Part shown: positions 18,532 to 29,457 of the stretch, piece by piece | Layout: each line of letters begins with the position of its first letter | Position numbering within the stretch: position 1 is the stretch's first letter | DNA from: a virus | Taxonomy: Duplodnaviria; Caudoviricetes | Virus record (IMG/VR): IMGVR_UViG_3300027974_000031 | Coordinates: 1-64,000 of that record | Direction: 5' to 3' (one strand) | Length of the DNA stretch: 64,000 bases | Notes under the pieces: generated by a model | What the model was told of the DNA's origin: nothing | The model's input: only the letters and a program-made list of their open reading frames with translations | The model's database searches: none | Program-made: the position numbers and the translations under genes

Positions 18532-20958
18532 CTATATAATTTTAGAATAAAAGAAATCTCTAAAGGAATAATTTTTTTTTATTTTATTTTTTATTATTTT
18601 AGTATTAATTGGTAATTTGATAAAATACTTTTTGGCATAATTAGAAATTACAAGATTTTCTACATTAAATGCATCTATATCTTCGCTTTTTTCTAAATTT
18701 GGAAGAGAAAGTGAAGTTGCATAAGTTGCATATATAACTCCGCTTTTTTCTAAATTTGGAAAAGAAAGTGAAGTTGTATAAGTTGCACTTATATTTCCGC
18801 TTTCTTTTAAATTTGGAAAAGAAAGTGAAGTTGCATTAGGTGCATATATATCTCCGCTTTTTTCTAAATTTGGAAGAGAAAGTGAAGTTGCATTAGATGC
18901 ACTTATATCTCCGCTTTTTTCTAAATTTGGAAGAGAAAGTGAAGTTGTATAAGTTGCACTTATATTTCCGCTTTCTTTTAAATTTGGAAAAGAAAGTGAA
19001 GTTGCATTAGATGCATATATATCTCCGCTTTTTTCTAAATTTGGATTTCCGCTTTTTTCTAAATTTGAAAGAGAAAGTGAAGTTGCAATAGGTGCACTTA
19101 TATTTCCGCTTTTTTCTAAATTTGAAAGAGAAAGTGAGGTTGCAATAGGTGCACTTATATTTCCGCTTTCTTTTAAATTTGGAAGAGAAAGTGAAGTTGC
19201 ATTAGATGCACTTATATCTCCGCTTTTTTCTAAATTTGGAAGAGAAAGTGAAGTTGCATAAGCTACATCTATACCTCCGCTTTTTTCTAAATTTGGAAGA
19301 GAAAGTGAAGTTGCATTAGGTGCACTTATATCTCTGCTTTTTTCTAAATTTGGAAGAGAAAGTGAAGTTGCACTAGATGCATATATAACTCCGCTTTCTT
19401 TTAAATTTGGAAGAGAAAGTGAAGTTGCATAAACTGCATATATATCTCCGCTTTTTTCTAAATTTGAAAGAGAAAGTGAAGTTGTATAAGTTGCACTTAT
19501 AACTCCGCTTTCTTTTAAATTTGGAAGAGAAAGTGAAGTTGCATTAGATGCATCTATATCTCCGCTTTCTTTTAAATTTGGAAGAGAAAGTGAAGTTGCA
19601 TTAGATGCATCTATATCTCCGCTTTTTTCTAAATTTGAAAGAGAAAGTGAAGTTGCAATAGGTGCACTTATATTTCCGCTTTCTTTTAAATTTGGAAGAG
19701 AAAGTGGGTATTTATAATTCCAATAAATATCTGATAAATTTTTATGCTTTTGTAAATTATATAAAAGACTAAATATTTCTCTATATTTTGCACTTTTTTG
19801 TATAAATAATTCTTTTAAATCTTTATTTTCACTGATTATATAATATTCATCCAAAGTAAATTTTTCTTCATCATCTAAATCGCTTCGTTCTTCTAATTTT
19901 CTTATAACATTAATTTCTCGTTTTTTCCAATAACGATTTTTAATGATTGGAAATTTTTCTAATAAATCATGTGGGAGATCGTTTTCTTTTTCTGATAATG
20001 TTTTAAGAACTGCTTTTAGTTCTTTTTCAGATAATTTATATAAATCATCATTTATAACATTTTTGATAGAAGCAAAAAGAATCATATCATCTATATTTTG
20101 TAATTCTAATATAGAATTTTTAAAATATATCTTTTCATAAATTTGTTTTTCACGTCCTTCAATCGGAACAGGAACAAATACATTTTGATTAAATGCTTCT
20201 GATAAACTTGGATATGTAGAAATAATTTTATTTTTTGTTGATTTAATATCAGTGTTATCTTTGACATTATTATAAGAATATTTTGTAACTCCATTATCAT
20301 CATATGCATCTACAAGTATATATCGGTTTTCAGATTTTAACCATACAAAATAAGTTGTTAATGATTTTTCCCATCTATAAAAATTATAATAATAAAATGA
20401 ACTAGAACCTGAAATACATAAATCTGAACCTTTTCCATAATTTTTACAATTGTTTTCACTAGAAACAGGATCACCTGTATTTGCTAAAACTACTATTACT
20501 TTATCATCTTCATAAACTTTATTCGGATCGTCGCTTGAACCAGCTTTTATTTTAGATTCATCTCCTTTCATTTCAGAGTGAACTTTTTCTGAAAAATCTA
20601 TATAACTAGAAGAAGATTGTAATATTTTATTATTAGTTAAAGACTGATATTTAATATAATTTGTATAATCATCGTCTATAACGTTTGTCGGAATATTAGG
20701 ATCATAAAGTCGAACAAGTTCTTTTAAATCACTAAGATTTTTATCTTTAGGATTATTATTTTTAACTATATTTTCTAAAGAAGAAATTATCGGATTCCAT
20801 TTATCTCTTAACTGATTTATACTATCAATATTCTCTGGTTTATTTTTATTTTTAAATACTTGAAAACCTAATTCTTTTTGTATAATATTGTTAAATATTT
20901 CTGCTTTTGTAGAATTTGCATCCTCTGTTAATAGATTATAAAAACTTTTAAAATTCAT
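18532..20958 (-). CDS. leucine-rich-repeat (22-aa) protein with CTS-like leader
   Basis: MNFKSFYNLLTE; about 16 repeats of TSLSLPNL(K/E)(E/K)SGxIxAxxA. Confidence 0.85.
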   Translation of the reverse strand: MNFKSFYNLLTEDANSTKAEIFNNIIQKELGFQVFKNKNKPENIDSINQLRDKWNPIISSLENIVKNNNPKDKNLSDLKELVRLYDPNIPTNVIDDDYTNYIKYQSLTNNKILQSSSSYIDFSEKVHSEMKGDESKIKAGSSDDPNKVYEDDKVIVVLANTGDPVSSENNCKNYGKGSDLCISGSSSFYYYNFYRWEKSLTTYFVWLKSENRYILVDAYDDNGVTKYSYNNVKDNTDIKSTKNKIISTYPSLSEAFNQNVFVPVPIEGREKQIYEKIYFKNSILELQNIDDMILFASIKNVINDDLYKLSEKELKAVLKTLSEKENDLPHDLLEKFPIIKNRYWKKREINVIRKLEERSDLDDEEKFTLDEYYIISENKDLKELFIQKSAKYREIFSLLYNLQKHKNLSDIYWNYKYPLSLPNLKESGNISAPIATSLSLSNLEKSGDIDASNATSLSLPNLKESGDIDASNATSLSLPNLKESGVISATYTTSLSLSNLEKSGDIYAVYATSLSLPNLKESGVIYASSATSLSLPNLEKSRDISAPNATSLSLPNLEKSGGIDVAYATSLSLPNLEKSGDISASNATSLSLPNLKESGNISAPIATSLSLSNLEKSGNISAPIATSLSLSNLEKSGNPNLEKSGDIYASNATSLSFPNLKESGNISATYTTSLSLPNLEKSGDISASNATSLSLPNLEKSGDIYAPNATSLSFPNLKESGNISATYTTSLSFPNLEKSGVIYATYATSLSLPNLEKSEDIDAFNVENLVISNYAKKYFIKLPINTKIIKNKIKKNYSFRDFFYSKII
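18640..19706 (-). repeat. 66-bp tandem coding repeat (LRR units)
   Basis: Recurring + strand core CCGCTT(T/C)TTT..AAATTTG..AGAGAAAGTGAAGTTG with 66-bp period; one truncated unit near 19021-19050. Confidence 0.95.
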
Positions 20959-20966
20959 AAAACTAT

Positions 20967-22718
20967 TTACCCAATAGTTATTCTATCCACAAAGTTTTTA
21001 TTGTTTAAGAAAGGAAATTGGAAATTTTCTAGCTTTATTGCTGTAGGAGTTTGAGAAACTGTTACATCAAAATAAACAGGATTCCAATTAACCATTTTAA
21101 TTCCTTCTAAAAGAATATTTGATATTTTGTTACGAGTATAAATCTGACTAACTCCATCAATATTTAAAAGATCTGCATTTAATTGCTGTATATTAATCGT
21201 TCCGCCTAAAAAGTTCTTCTCTACTGAAAAATAATCAACAATAACAGATTGTATATCACTTTTAATACTAGAATCACTACGGCGATTATTCTGTTTTTTA
21301 ATTACATATATTTCTGAGTTATTAATGTCCGTTTTTGTAATAGCGTTTTCTGTTTGAATGTAAATGTCAAATGCGATATATACAGGATCAGAAACAATAG
21401 TTTCAGAAGTTAAAACTTGCTCGTCTCTTATTGTATCAATAATAAGAGTTTTTTGAGATGGTGTTAAGTATGAAAGTGTTGATTTAATAGTTTTTGGAAC
21501 GCCAAAAATATAAACATTATTAAATGCGCAGGAATCAGAAAAATTAACTTGATTAAACAATGCACGACTCTCATATTGCGGTTTTGTTAAACCTATATTG
21601 TAATAATATTTTAAATACGAATCAAGATACTCACTATTATTCATCACTTTAACGTCTTGAACAATATTAGAAAAATTGCTTTTTACAAAAGTTTCATATG
21701 CTTTTTTAGTTGAAACATTAAATTGTGAACGGAAAACTCCTGGTGCATTTTTTCTAATAGATAAAATACTTTCTGGTTCAGTAAAATATGTACTTGAAAA
21801 TTTATTACTAAAGCTCAAATATTGTATTTGGCTGTTTGTCAGGTAAGTTTTATTTTCTTGATTTAAAATAGTTTGCAAATTATTAGAAACTAATTGAATC
21901 ATTTTACGTCCAACTAATCCGCCACTTCCTATTTCTCCGTTACTGCCATTTGATACAAGATAGTATATTAAAACACGATTACTAGTTGTTAGTTGTTTAC
22001 CGTTAATGTTATCACCGAATTTTATCTCATATCTTTTGTTTTCATTGAAACGTAATTCATAAACTTTATCTTCTGAATTATTCAAGTAAAGAGATTGAGT
22101 TTTATCCCATTTTTCCCAAACATTGTCAGTCTGAACATAAACATCAATTGTAAAATTATCAACAAAAAGAGTATCATCTACAGTTAAGTGAACAATTTCG
22201 TTTGGAGTTCCAGCAGGAGTAAAAACCGGAAATTCCGTAAAAGTTCCTTGATATAAGGATGCATCACTATCTATACCGTTTATTTTTTCAAGAGTTCCAT
22301 TTTTTGTTTTTGTAAAAGATAAATCATCACTTAAGCTATAGTTAATTCCGCCAATAGTAATATTAGAATATCTAGGAATATTATAAAAACCTGCATTTAA
22401 ATTGTTTGCAGACATTGAGAATGAAACACTTGCAGTTTGATAACCAACTGGATTATAGTTAAGTTCTTTAACAATTCTGTTTATATTTTCGTAAACAGTT
22501 GTTTCTGAGAATTGACCATTTACAGAGTTTTGGTTAAGATAATAAAGAAGCAATGAAAAGCTCATAGCAATCGAATCATTGATTGCTGCTAAGTTAGAAC
22601 CTTCGTAGTTTTGATCTGTAAAAATTCCAGTTTGATCTAATCTATCTTTTATTTTTTCTTTGATAGTTAAACCGTCAAATGCTACATATGCGTCTTTTGG
22701 TACTGGAAAATCGTTCAT
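20967..22718 (-). CDS. baseplate wedge subunit, T4 gp6-like
   Basis: AFDGLTIKEKIK...FTDQNYEGSNL, ELNYNP, YEIKFGDNINGKQL, YYLVSNGSNG, ESILSIRKNAP. Confidence 0.9.
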   Translation of the reverse strand: MNDFPVPKDAYVAFDGLTIKEKIKDRLDQTGIFTDQNYEGSNLAAINDSIAMSFSLLLYYLNQNSVNGQFSETTVYENINRIVKELNYNPVGYQTASVSFSMSANNLNAGFYNIPRYSNITIGGINYSLSDDLSFTKTKNGTLEKINGIDSDASLYQGTFTEFPVFTPAGTPNEIVHLTVDDTLFVDNFTIDVYVQTDNVWEKWDKTQSLYLNNSEDKVYELRFNENKRYEIKFGDNINGKQLTTSNRVLIYYLVSNGSNGEIGSGGLVGRKMIQLVSNNLQTILNQENKTYLTNSQIQYLSFSNKFSSTYFTEPESILSIRKNAPGVFRSQFNVSTKKAYETFVKSNFSNIVQDVKVMNNSEYLDSYLKYYYNIGLTKPQYESRALFNQVNFSDSCAFNNVYIFGVPKTIKSTLSYLTPSQKTLIIDTIRDEQVLTSETIVSDPVYIAFDIYIQTENAITKTDINNSEIYVIKKQNNRRSDSSIKSDIQSVIVDYFSVEKNFLGGTINIQQLNADLLNIDGVSQIYTRNKISNILLEGIKMVNWNPVYFDVTVSQTPTAIKLENFQFPFLNNKNFVDRITIG

Positions 22719-22726
22719 AATATTAT

Positions 22727-24634
22727 TTAGTTGTTACGATAGCTTTCTTTAGCACTTTCTAAATCAAACGTATAGTTATTATGAGCGGAATCAGTATCAA
22801 ATTCGCTATAATCTTCTTTAAATGTATCTAAAAGAGTATCTTTTAAAATATCTAATATTTCATCATTTGAATTAAATGTAATAATATTTTTTAAATCTTC
22901 TATATCTACAGGAACTGAAAAAATAAAATCATCTGGATATTTTCCGCTAATAATTAAAAAATTATCTTTTATATGATCTAATAAATCCGAATATATTTTA
23001 TTTTCAATACCACTTCGAATTCCATCTTGATATGCATAAACTACATATTCATACATTCTTTCTATATCATAATCTATATCCTTTAAATCTATTTCTTCAT
23101 TCAATGCACTTAAAAAACTATATGGTTGTTCATTAGAATAAGCACCACTTTCTAAAAGATCATTTATAATTTGTATAATTTCCGTATTACTTTCATCAGA
23201 AAAATCTATATTACTTTTTATTTCTTTAACCACATTATTTAGATCATATCGTGATAGCATAATTTCATTTCCTTGATCTTCACTAACATCAGTATCATAT
23301 ACACTTATATCACTTCCGTAGTCTACTGTACGTAAATACGAGGATATTCCATCATCATCAAATTCTTCTTTTACATCATTTAAATCTCCAATAAGAATTC
23401 CCATTTCAGGTCTTTTTTCTGAAAATGTCAAAATATCTAATATTTGATCAGCAAAATATTCTAATTGTTCATACATTTCATTATCTTGGAAGAAATCAAA
23501 TGTTAATTGATTTCGATCTTGTAAATTTTCTTTTGATATTAAAATTTCAAAAATATTTTCTTTAACAGTATTTTTAAAATCTTGTATTTCTTTTGGAATT
23601 TTAACTTCTAATTTTCTATTTTTTCTTTCTTCATTAATCCATTCCCAGACTTGGTACTGATCTAAGTTTTCTTCTTTTGTTAAATCTAATAAACCTTGTT
23701 CCATTTCAACGGGATCAAACCTTTGTCCTTCGAGTTCACCTCTTATTTCTTCTACTTTATCACCTCTCATTCTCACAGCCATTAGTGCAGTTGGTTTTTT
23801 ATTTTTAATGTCTAGTAATAGATAAAAAGAACCATCTCCACTTAAATATGTATTTGCCATTGTTTTTCCACTTATACACCATATATTACAAGAAAGACCC
23901 ATAAGAGTTTCTACGTTTGAGTCAAAATTTTTAGGATCTTCTCTCTTACCTGGTATTTTAATCCATATCAAATCTCCTGTTGGTATACGTTTAAATCTTT
24001 CTACATTTGACAATTGTTCACTTAATGTTAATTCGTATATTTTTGTTAAACTTCTTAAATCATAAGGATTACTTTCTATAGATTTTAAAAAGTTTCTAAC
24101 AGCAGACCAGATATAAGGTTTTGGTGTTTTTTTCTTAGACGAATCTGTACTATCAAATATAGGTTTAAGTGTAAGATATTTTTGTACTGGATTTTTTAAA
24201 TTTTCATTTATTCTACTCCACCAAATCCACAAAACTGAATCTTTATCTTTATTAATAATATCTGTTATATATTCTTTAATAGCATCATCACCTTTTTCTT
24301 TTCTTATTCTTATTATATTCTCATAATGTTCAGGATGAGCTTGTCTTACAAGATTAACCTCTTTATCTACATCTATATTATCTCCAGAATACAAAACAGT
24401 TTTTGGATGATTTTTATCTCTTAATCTTTTAAGAATATTTGGCAATAAATTTTTAGATATTTCATTTTCTATATCTTCTGATGTTTTAATATCTTTCCAT
24501 TCTATTTCATCTCCATAACGTAAAATAAATTGAATCATAAAAGGATCATCAATTTTGTATTTTCGTATTTTATCTTTTGGTGATATACCTTCTAAAAAAA
24601 GGCTATAAAAGGTTTTAAATCTTAGTGTTTTCAT
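22727..24634 (-). CDS. hypothetical protein with CTS-like leader and acidic C-terminus
   Basis: MKTLRFKTFYSLFLE; WCISG...YL..G.FY...AVRM....EEIRG core. Confidence 0.75.
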   Translation of the reverse strand: MKTLRFKTFYSLFLEGISPKDKIRKYKIDDPFMIQFILRYGDEIEWKDIKTSEDIENEISKNLLPNILKRLRDKNHPKTVLYSGDNIDVDKEVNLVRQAHPEHYENIIRIRKEKGDDAIKEYITDIINKDKDSVLWIWWSRINENLKNPVQKYLTLKPIFDSTDSSKKKTPKPYIWSAVRNFLKSIESNPYDLRSLTKIYELTLSEQLSNVERFKRIPTGDLIWIKIPGKREDPKNFDSNVETLMGLSCNIWCISGKTMANTYLSGDGSFYLLLDIKNKKPTALMAVRMRGDKVEEIRGELEGQRFDPVEMEQGLLDLTKEENLDQYQVWEWINEERKNRKLEVKIPKEIQDFKNTVKENIFEILISKENLQDRNQLTFDFFQDNEMYEQLEYFADQILDILTFSEKRPEMGILIGDLNDVKEEFDDDGISSYLRTVDYGSDISVYDTDVSEDQGNEIMLSRYDLNNVVKEIKSNIDFSDESNTEIIQIINDLLESGAYSNEQPYSFLSALNEEIDLKDIDYDIERMYEYVVYAYQDGIRSGIENKIYSDLLDHIKDNFLIISGKYPDDFIFSVPVDIEDLKNIITFNSNDEILDILKDTLLDTFKEDYSEFDTDSAHNNYTFDLESAKESYRNN

Positions 24635-24647
24635 ATTATTATTTAAT

Positions 24648-25115
24648 TTACAGTTTATTTATAACTTTATCTGAATTCCAAATCACAATTTCGGACAGTT
24701 CTCCTTTATGATAATAAAAAATACAATCATAACCTTGTTTTATTGCGCGAGAACTTATTTCTTTTCCTAAGTATCCACTTTTTTCTTCTACTTTTTCAAC
24801 TAAATTTTCGGCTTTTTCTCTAGGCAACCCTAATATTTCTAAAGCTTGTATACATGGATGAATTCGCATATCATATAAAGAATGTATTTTTAATGGATTT
24901 TTAACATTTAAATATGCTTCAGAAATATTAGAACCTGGTTCACTTGCATATCTTAAAGCAATTTCTTTTTTAGGAGTAAAATATGCACCTGTTCCTAATG
25001 CACCTCTATCCATTTTTATAGGAGAGATTCCGTCCCATTTACCGCCATGATAAAAGGGACCGTAACCTTCACTCTCGTTTTCTAAAAAAAGATTATAAAA
25101 ATCCTTAAAATTCAT
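24648..25115 (-). CDS. ADP-ribosyltransferase-fold protein (ART-PolyVal-like) with CTS-like leader
   Basis: MNFKDFYNLFLE; FYHGG..LGTGAYFT....A..YA...AYLNVKNPL...GYDCI...EIVIW. Confidence 0.75.
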   Translation of the reverse strand: MNFKDFYNLFLENESEGYGPFYHGGKWDGISPIKMDRGALGTGAYFTPKKEIALRYASEPGSNISEAYLNVKNPLKIHSLYDMRIHPCIQALEILGLPREKAENLVEKVEEKSGYLGKEISSRAIKQGYDCIFYYHKGELSEIVIWNSDKVINKL

Positions 25116-25634
25116 TTAGTTATTTCCGCCGTTTGTTCTTGTTCCTTTTGGTTGTTTTCCTTTATTATACTCATTGTCTAAATTTTTAGTTTTTACAATG
25201 TTATTTTTCTGAACAATATCAGGATCAATTGGTTGTTGCATTACATACATTGGCTCAACAGTCATTGATAAAATACTTGTAGGAACAGTGATAGGAGCAT
25301 AATAAAGACCAGGAACTTTATGAGAAACAAGATCAGCTTCTTCGAAATTATTTGGTGCGGTTTCTGACATAAATGCAGATGTAGGCTTTACAATCTTAAG
25401 TGCAGATACATAAAGAACAGTTTTATTTTTAGACATAAGAATTAATTGATTATAGAAAGGTTCGCCTCTTTTCATAATTATTTCTTTTTTAATATCAGGA
25501 TTTTTAATTGCTTTAGGACAAATAACTACAAAACTGCCACCACGAATGGATGTTGGATTGTAGTGTTCTAATACAGGTTGAAAAATATTTTCTGGATTGT
25601 ATTTTTCTAAAAGCTTTTGGGTTTTACTATTCAT
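25116..25634 (-). CDS. hypothetical late protein
   Basis: 172-aa ORF divergent from the gp25-like gene, TAAATA upstream. Confidence 0.7.
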   Translation of the reverse strand: MNSKTQKLLEKYNPENIFQPVLEHYNPTSIRGGSFVVICPKAIKNPDIKKEIIMKRGEPFYNQLILMSKNKTVLYVSALKIVKPTSAFMSETAPNNFEEADLVSHKVPGLYYAPITVPTSILSMTVEPMYVMQQPIDPDIVQKNNIVKTKNLDNEYNKGKQPKGTRTNGGNN

Positions 25635-25675
25635 AATTATATTTACTTATTTTTCTTGCATGATAAATAGATTTT

Positions 25676-26143
25676 ATGATTAATATTACAAATCTTAGCA
25701 GTAAAAATTCTGGAAGAAATTATATTTTCTCCGACTTAAACTTACAATTTTTACAAAAACAAGTTTCAGGTAATAAAAAAAATAATGATGTATCTCCTGG
25801 AATTGATATAGTAGTAGATTATGATCGTGAAGCAATTGAAAATTCAATTTATAATATTCTTTTTCAAAAACGTTATCTTACTGAAATGGATGTTAATCTT
25901 AAAGCGTATATAGGCCAACCTATATCTGAATTTCGTGCAATTGCTATTGGTGAAACAATTGAAAGAGCATTATTTTTATACGAAAATAGAGTATCTCTTG
26001 AAAAACTTTATATTTACCCTAACACAGATCAATCAACTTATTTTATTTCAATGATTGTGCGATTTATAAATTTTAATAATTCCTCAGTTAAATTAAATGC
26101 ATCTCTTACACAAAACGGAGCTTTCACATTTATAAATAAATAA
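25676..26143 (+). CDS. baseplate wedge protein, gp25-like
   Basis: YIFSDLNL...DREAIENSIYNILF...IERALFLYENRV. Confidence 0.75.
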   Translation: MINITNLSSKNSGRNYIFSDLNLQFLQKQVSGNKKNNDVSPGIDIVVDYDREAIENSIYNILFQKRYLTEMDVNLKAYIGQPISEFRAIAIGETIERALFLYENRVSLEKLYIYPNTDQSTYFISMIVRFINFNNSSVKLNASLTQNGAFTFINK

Positions 26144-26145
26144 AA

Positions 26146-28020
26146 ATGATTTCAATCACTCCAACATTAGGAATTAAAAACTCTACGATTTTCTCTTTCG
26201 TAATATCTCCAACAGCAGAAGATGCTTTTATAAATTGGGGTGATGGTACATTTGACTACGGTTCTTCTGTAACACACACATATTCCTCAATTGGTCTTTA
26301 TAATGTGTATGGAGGTTCTTGCAGTGAAACATCAACATTTTCATTAAGTGTTTATAATGGAGAATTTTTTACTGATAAAATTTATGTTCAACGAAATGCA
26401 GTTTCTTCAATTGTTTCTTGTCCTTTTTCTTTTACAATAAATTTATCATCTTCAAAAGAAAAGAGTACTGTTATTCTTTATGCAAGCGGAAGTCAATCAG
26501 CACCTTATAGTAATAATAGAAATTTTTGGAGTCATTTAAATCCTGAGTGGGAATTTCGATATAATAATGAACCAATATCAGAAATAGAAATTATCGGATC
26601 TCCTGTTTATTCTGGAAATAATATTCTTGGTTACACTGCAAGTTCCTCTATAGAATTTTTAGATGATATGCCAGGAAATCCCCTTCTTTTCTTTACTGTT
26701 TTAAAAACAGAAAGTGATATTCCAATAAATTCAAGAGTTTATTCTGCATTTTCACACTCTATATGCGCTATTGCTCCTGATAAATTGTTTATAACATCAG
26801 ATGGAATTAATCCATTAAATGAGATTCAATGGGCAGATAAAAACATTCCATATATTATAAGTGTTGGTAGTTCAGTAAATTCTTGTACAAATATTTTACA
26901 TTATCTTTCTGGTAATATTACTGCAATAAACTTTACAGGAGATTGTGTAGGATTAGAAAGTAGTCAATTCAAGTACAATGTAACAACTATTAATCTTAAA
27001 GATTCTAACTGTTTTCCAACAGGAGGTTATATTCTTTCTTCATTCTACTATCCTAGTTCTGCACTTCCACCAATAACAATAACTAATAATTTGGATTCTT
27101 GTAATAATAATTATGATAAATTAGAATTTTATAAAACACGATATACCCCACAAGGTGTTACACTTTCTGCAAATGGAACATTTTCTTATAAAAACAACAC
27201 TTATAATTTAAGTGGAATATCAAATAAGTTTGATATTTTAGCATTTGAAAATCGTCATGCCTTTTATAGAAAAGGTGAAGATTATAATGTTTATGAGATT
27301 TTAAAAACTGCATTACCTTTTGATATAGGCGCATATCCAAACTTTAACTCTTACCTATCGGCTATTGCAGGAGAAGGTGATTCTCTTGGAGTAGCATATG
27401 ATAAAATAGATAATTTCTCAAAAGATCATTCTGATATAGACATTTGCACTTATGATGCTTTAATTAATAAAGCTGACATGTTTGATTCTAAAATAGATGA
27501 TTTCGGTCTTCAGATGCCTGAAGAATTAAAAAGAATTTTTAATTTTTCTACAATTCCTCTTCAAAAATTAATAGGAACTCGTTGTGTATGTAATACAAAT
27601 TTTGTTGCTTGCAATGGATGTATTGGTAAAAATATATGTTCTATTTGTAATTTTGATAAAAGAAGTAATCTAGGTTCACAAATATTATTAACTGATTATA
27701 TAACTGCTGGTGAAACAGTTCTTTACAAAGAAATTGGTGGAGAACTTTATAATTTTTACACTGTTCAAAATCAAAGTTCAAATGTTTATCAACTTAAAAC
27801 TCTTTCAGCAGAACCATTTTATAGTAATAATTTAAATAATTATTGTTTTTTCAAATGGGAGAAAACTCCCCAGAATAATCCTGTTCAAAGTGTTGTGAAT
27901 TATAAAGACTCTAGAAATATGTTAAATCCTTCATTATCAACAAACGAAGATTGGTATGCAGATAATGGAATAGTTGAAGAGATGTTTAATTATATTTTAA
28001 CTAAAAATCTTTTAAACTAA
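26146..28020 (+). CDS. Cys-rich virion protein with N-terminal PKD-like domain
   Basis: FINWGDG....VTHTYSSIGLYNV PKD motif; CVC..CNGC...CSIC cluster. Confidence 0.65.
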   Translation: MISITPTLGIKNSTIFSFVISPTAEDAFINWGDGTFDYGSSVTHTYSSIGLYNVYGGSCSETSTFSLSVYNGEFFTDKIYVQRNAVSSIVSCPFSFTINLSSSKEKSTVILYASGSQSAPYSNNRNFWSHLNPEWEFRYNNEPISEIEIIGSPVYSGNNILGYTASSSIEFLDDMPGNPLLFFTVLKTESDIPINSRVYSAFSHSICAIAPDKLFITSDGINPLNEIQWADKNIPYIISVGSSVNSCTNILHYLSGNITAINFTGDCVGLESSQFKYNVTTINLKDSNCFPTGGYILSSFYYPSSALPPITITNNLDSCNNNYDKLEFYKTRYTPQGVTLSANGTFSYKNNTYNLSGISNKFDILAFENRHAFYRKGEDYNVYEILKTALPFDIGAYPNFNSYLSAIAGEGDSLGVAYDKIDNFSKDHSDIDICTYDALINKADMFDSKIDDFGLQMPEELKRIFNFSTIPLQKLIGTRCVCNTNFVACNGCIGKNICSICNFDKRSNLGSQILLTDYITAGETVLYKEIGGELYNFYTVQNQSSNVYQLKTLSAEPFYSNNLNNYCFFKWEKTPQNNPVQSVVNYKDSRNMLNPSLSTNEDWYADNGIVEEMFNYILTKNLLN

Positions 28021-28114
28021 TAAATTCTTATTTCTCTAATATGGAAAATTATTTAAATAGTTATATGGAAAGCCTTTTAGATGATGCTGTTGGTAAAGTG
28101 TTTATTATGTAAAC

Positions 28115-28531
28115 TTATTTTCCATCATTATGTACTTTATTATTTATAACATCTATTAATTTACTTTTAAAATCATTAAATGTAAACTGAAAACCTCCAT
28201 AACCTCTATATCTTTTTTCTAGTTCATATATAGTTTTTTGATAAGCATATGTTGGAAAAATTCTCTTACCAGGAGGAAAATTAAATGACGAGATTTCATC
28301 TTGTACTATCTTTTTTAAACGTTCTACGTGTATAGGGTCATTTAAATCTGCATATTTTCTAGAATCTTTAAACTCTTTCCGTATATTATTTAATATTGCT
28401 GGATTTTTTGCATTGCGTTTTATACCGGAAATAATTTTTTCATGTTCATCGTCTTCATATGGGTCGTTTGGATCACGAAAACTTTCCATAATCATATTAT
28501 ATAACTTTTCGAATTTACTATTAAATCTCAT
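28115..28531 (-). CDS. hypothetical protein with CTS-like leader
   Basis: MRFNSKFEKLYNMIME; ATAAATA upstream. Confidence 0.7.
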   Translation of the reverse strand: MRFNSKFEKLYNMIMESFRDPNDPYEDDEHEKIISGIKRNAKNPAILNNIRKEFKDSRKYADLNDPIHVERLKKIVQDEISSFNFPPGKRIFPTYAYQKTIYELEKRYRGYGGFQFTFNDFKSKLIDVINNKVHNDGK

Positions 28532-28597
28532 AAATTATATTTATCTATTTTAAATTTTTTTAAAAAAATAGTTGTAAACTAATCTATAAGTAAGTTT

Positions 28598-29440
28598 ATG
28601 ACTTTTAAAGATTTTTTAAACTATTTTTTATTACATGAAGATTCTATCGAAAACATAGAATTAAAAGGTGATTGGGATTCTAGTAAACAATATGGTTGGA
28701 ACAAGGTTGACACAGGAATATTAAAATCACCAAAAGGTTTAGAAAGAATAAAAACTAAATGGAAAATAAATCAACCTGTTGATATTTATTTAGTAAAAGA
28801 TAAAAATGCTCGTAAATTTGTTGAATTAGGTAAAGTATCATTTGATTTTATAAGAGATGAAATGGGTTTAGATATACTCCCAGATAGCGATCATATAACA
28901 ATTATTTATACACAAAATACAGGAGCAGAAAAAATTCCTGCTACACCTTGGACTCTTGCACACCGTTTTGGACATGCATTAGCAAGAGTAAACGGGATGG
29001 GAAGAAGTAATGATCAGTATAAATATATTGAAGAAGTTGTTGATCGTTTGTTTCAAACTATTGCTGATGAAGTTTATAGAACAAATATTCTAAAAAGAGG
29101 ATTTGTGTCACAAACAAATAGTAAAATTCGTAAAGAATTAGGTCATGCACTTGGAACATTTAAAAGCGCAAGAGATCGTCGTTTACGTGCAGACTTTGAA
29201 TTTGTAAATGAAATTATTGCTCAGTATATTATTACTGGTAAGGTAAAACTTAATCATGATTTTCCAAGAGTTTTACCTCTTCGTTATGCTTGGGGGCAAC
29301 CTTCTGGAATGTGGAGAAAACCACTTTCAGAAAAAGACAAAGCAGACTTAGATATTTACCTTTCTAACATAGAAAGGGAATTAGAATATAATATAGACGA
29401 TGCTTTAAATGCGGTAATAGGTGATATTTTTGTAATGTAA
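28598..29440 (+). CDS. hypothetical protein with CTS-like leader and zincin-like HxxxH
   Basis: MTFKDFLNYFLLHE; WTLAHRFGHAL. Confidence 0.7.
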   Translation: MTFKDFLNYFLLHEDSIENIELKGDWDSSKQYGWNKVDTGILKSPKGLERIKTKWKINQPVDIYLVKDKNARKFVELGKVSFDFIRDEMGLDILPDSDHITIIYTQNTGAEKIPATPWTLAHRFGHALARVNGMGRSNDQYKYIEEVVDRLFQTIADEVYRTNILKRGFVSQTNSKIRKELGHALGTFKSARDRRLRADFEFVNEIIAQYIITGKVKLNHDFPRVLPLRYAWGQPSGMWRKPLSEKDKADLDIYLSNIERELEYNIDDALNAVIGDIFVM

Positions 29441-29457
29441 TATTTATAAGTATTTCT

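Noticed and set aside
18640-19706. CRISPR array (regular ~66-bp period)
   Set aside because: The repeats are in-frame coding LRR units with no unique spacers; the same applies to the 63-bp units. No cas genes were seen.
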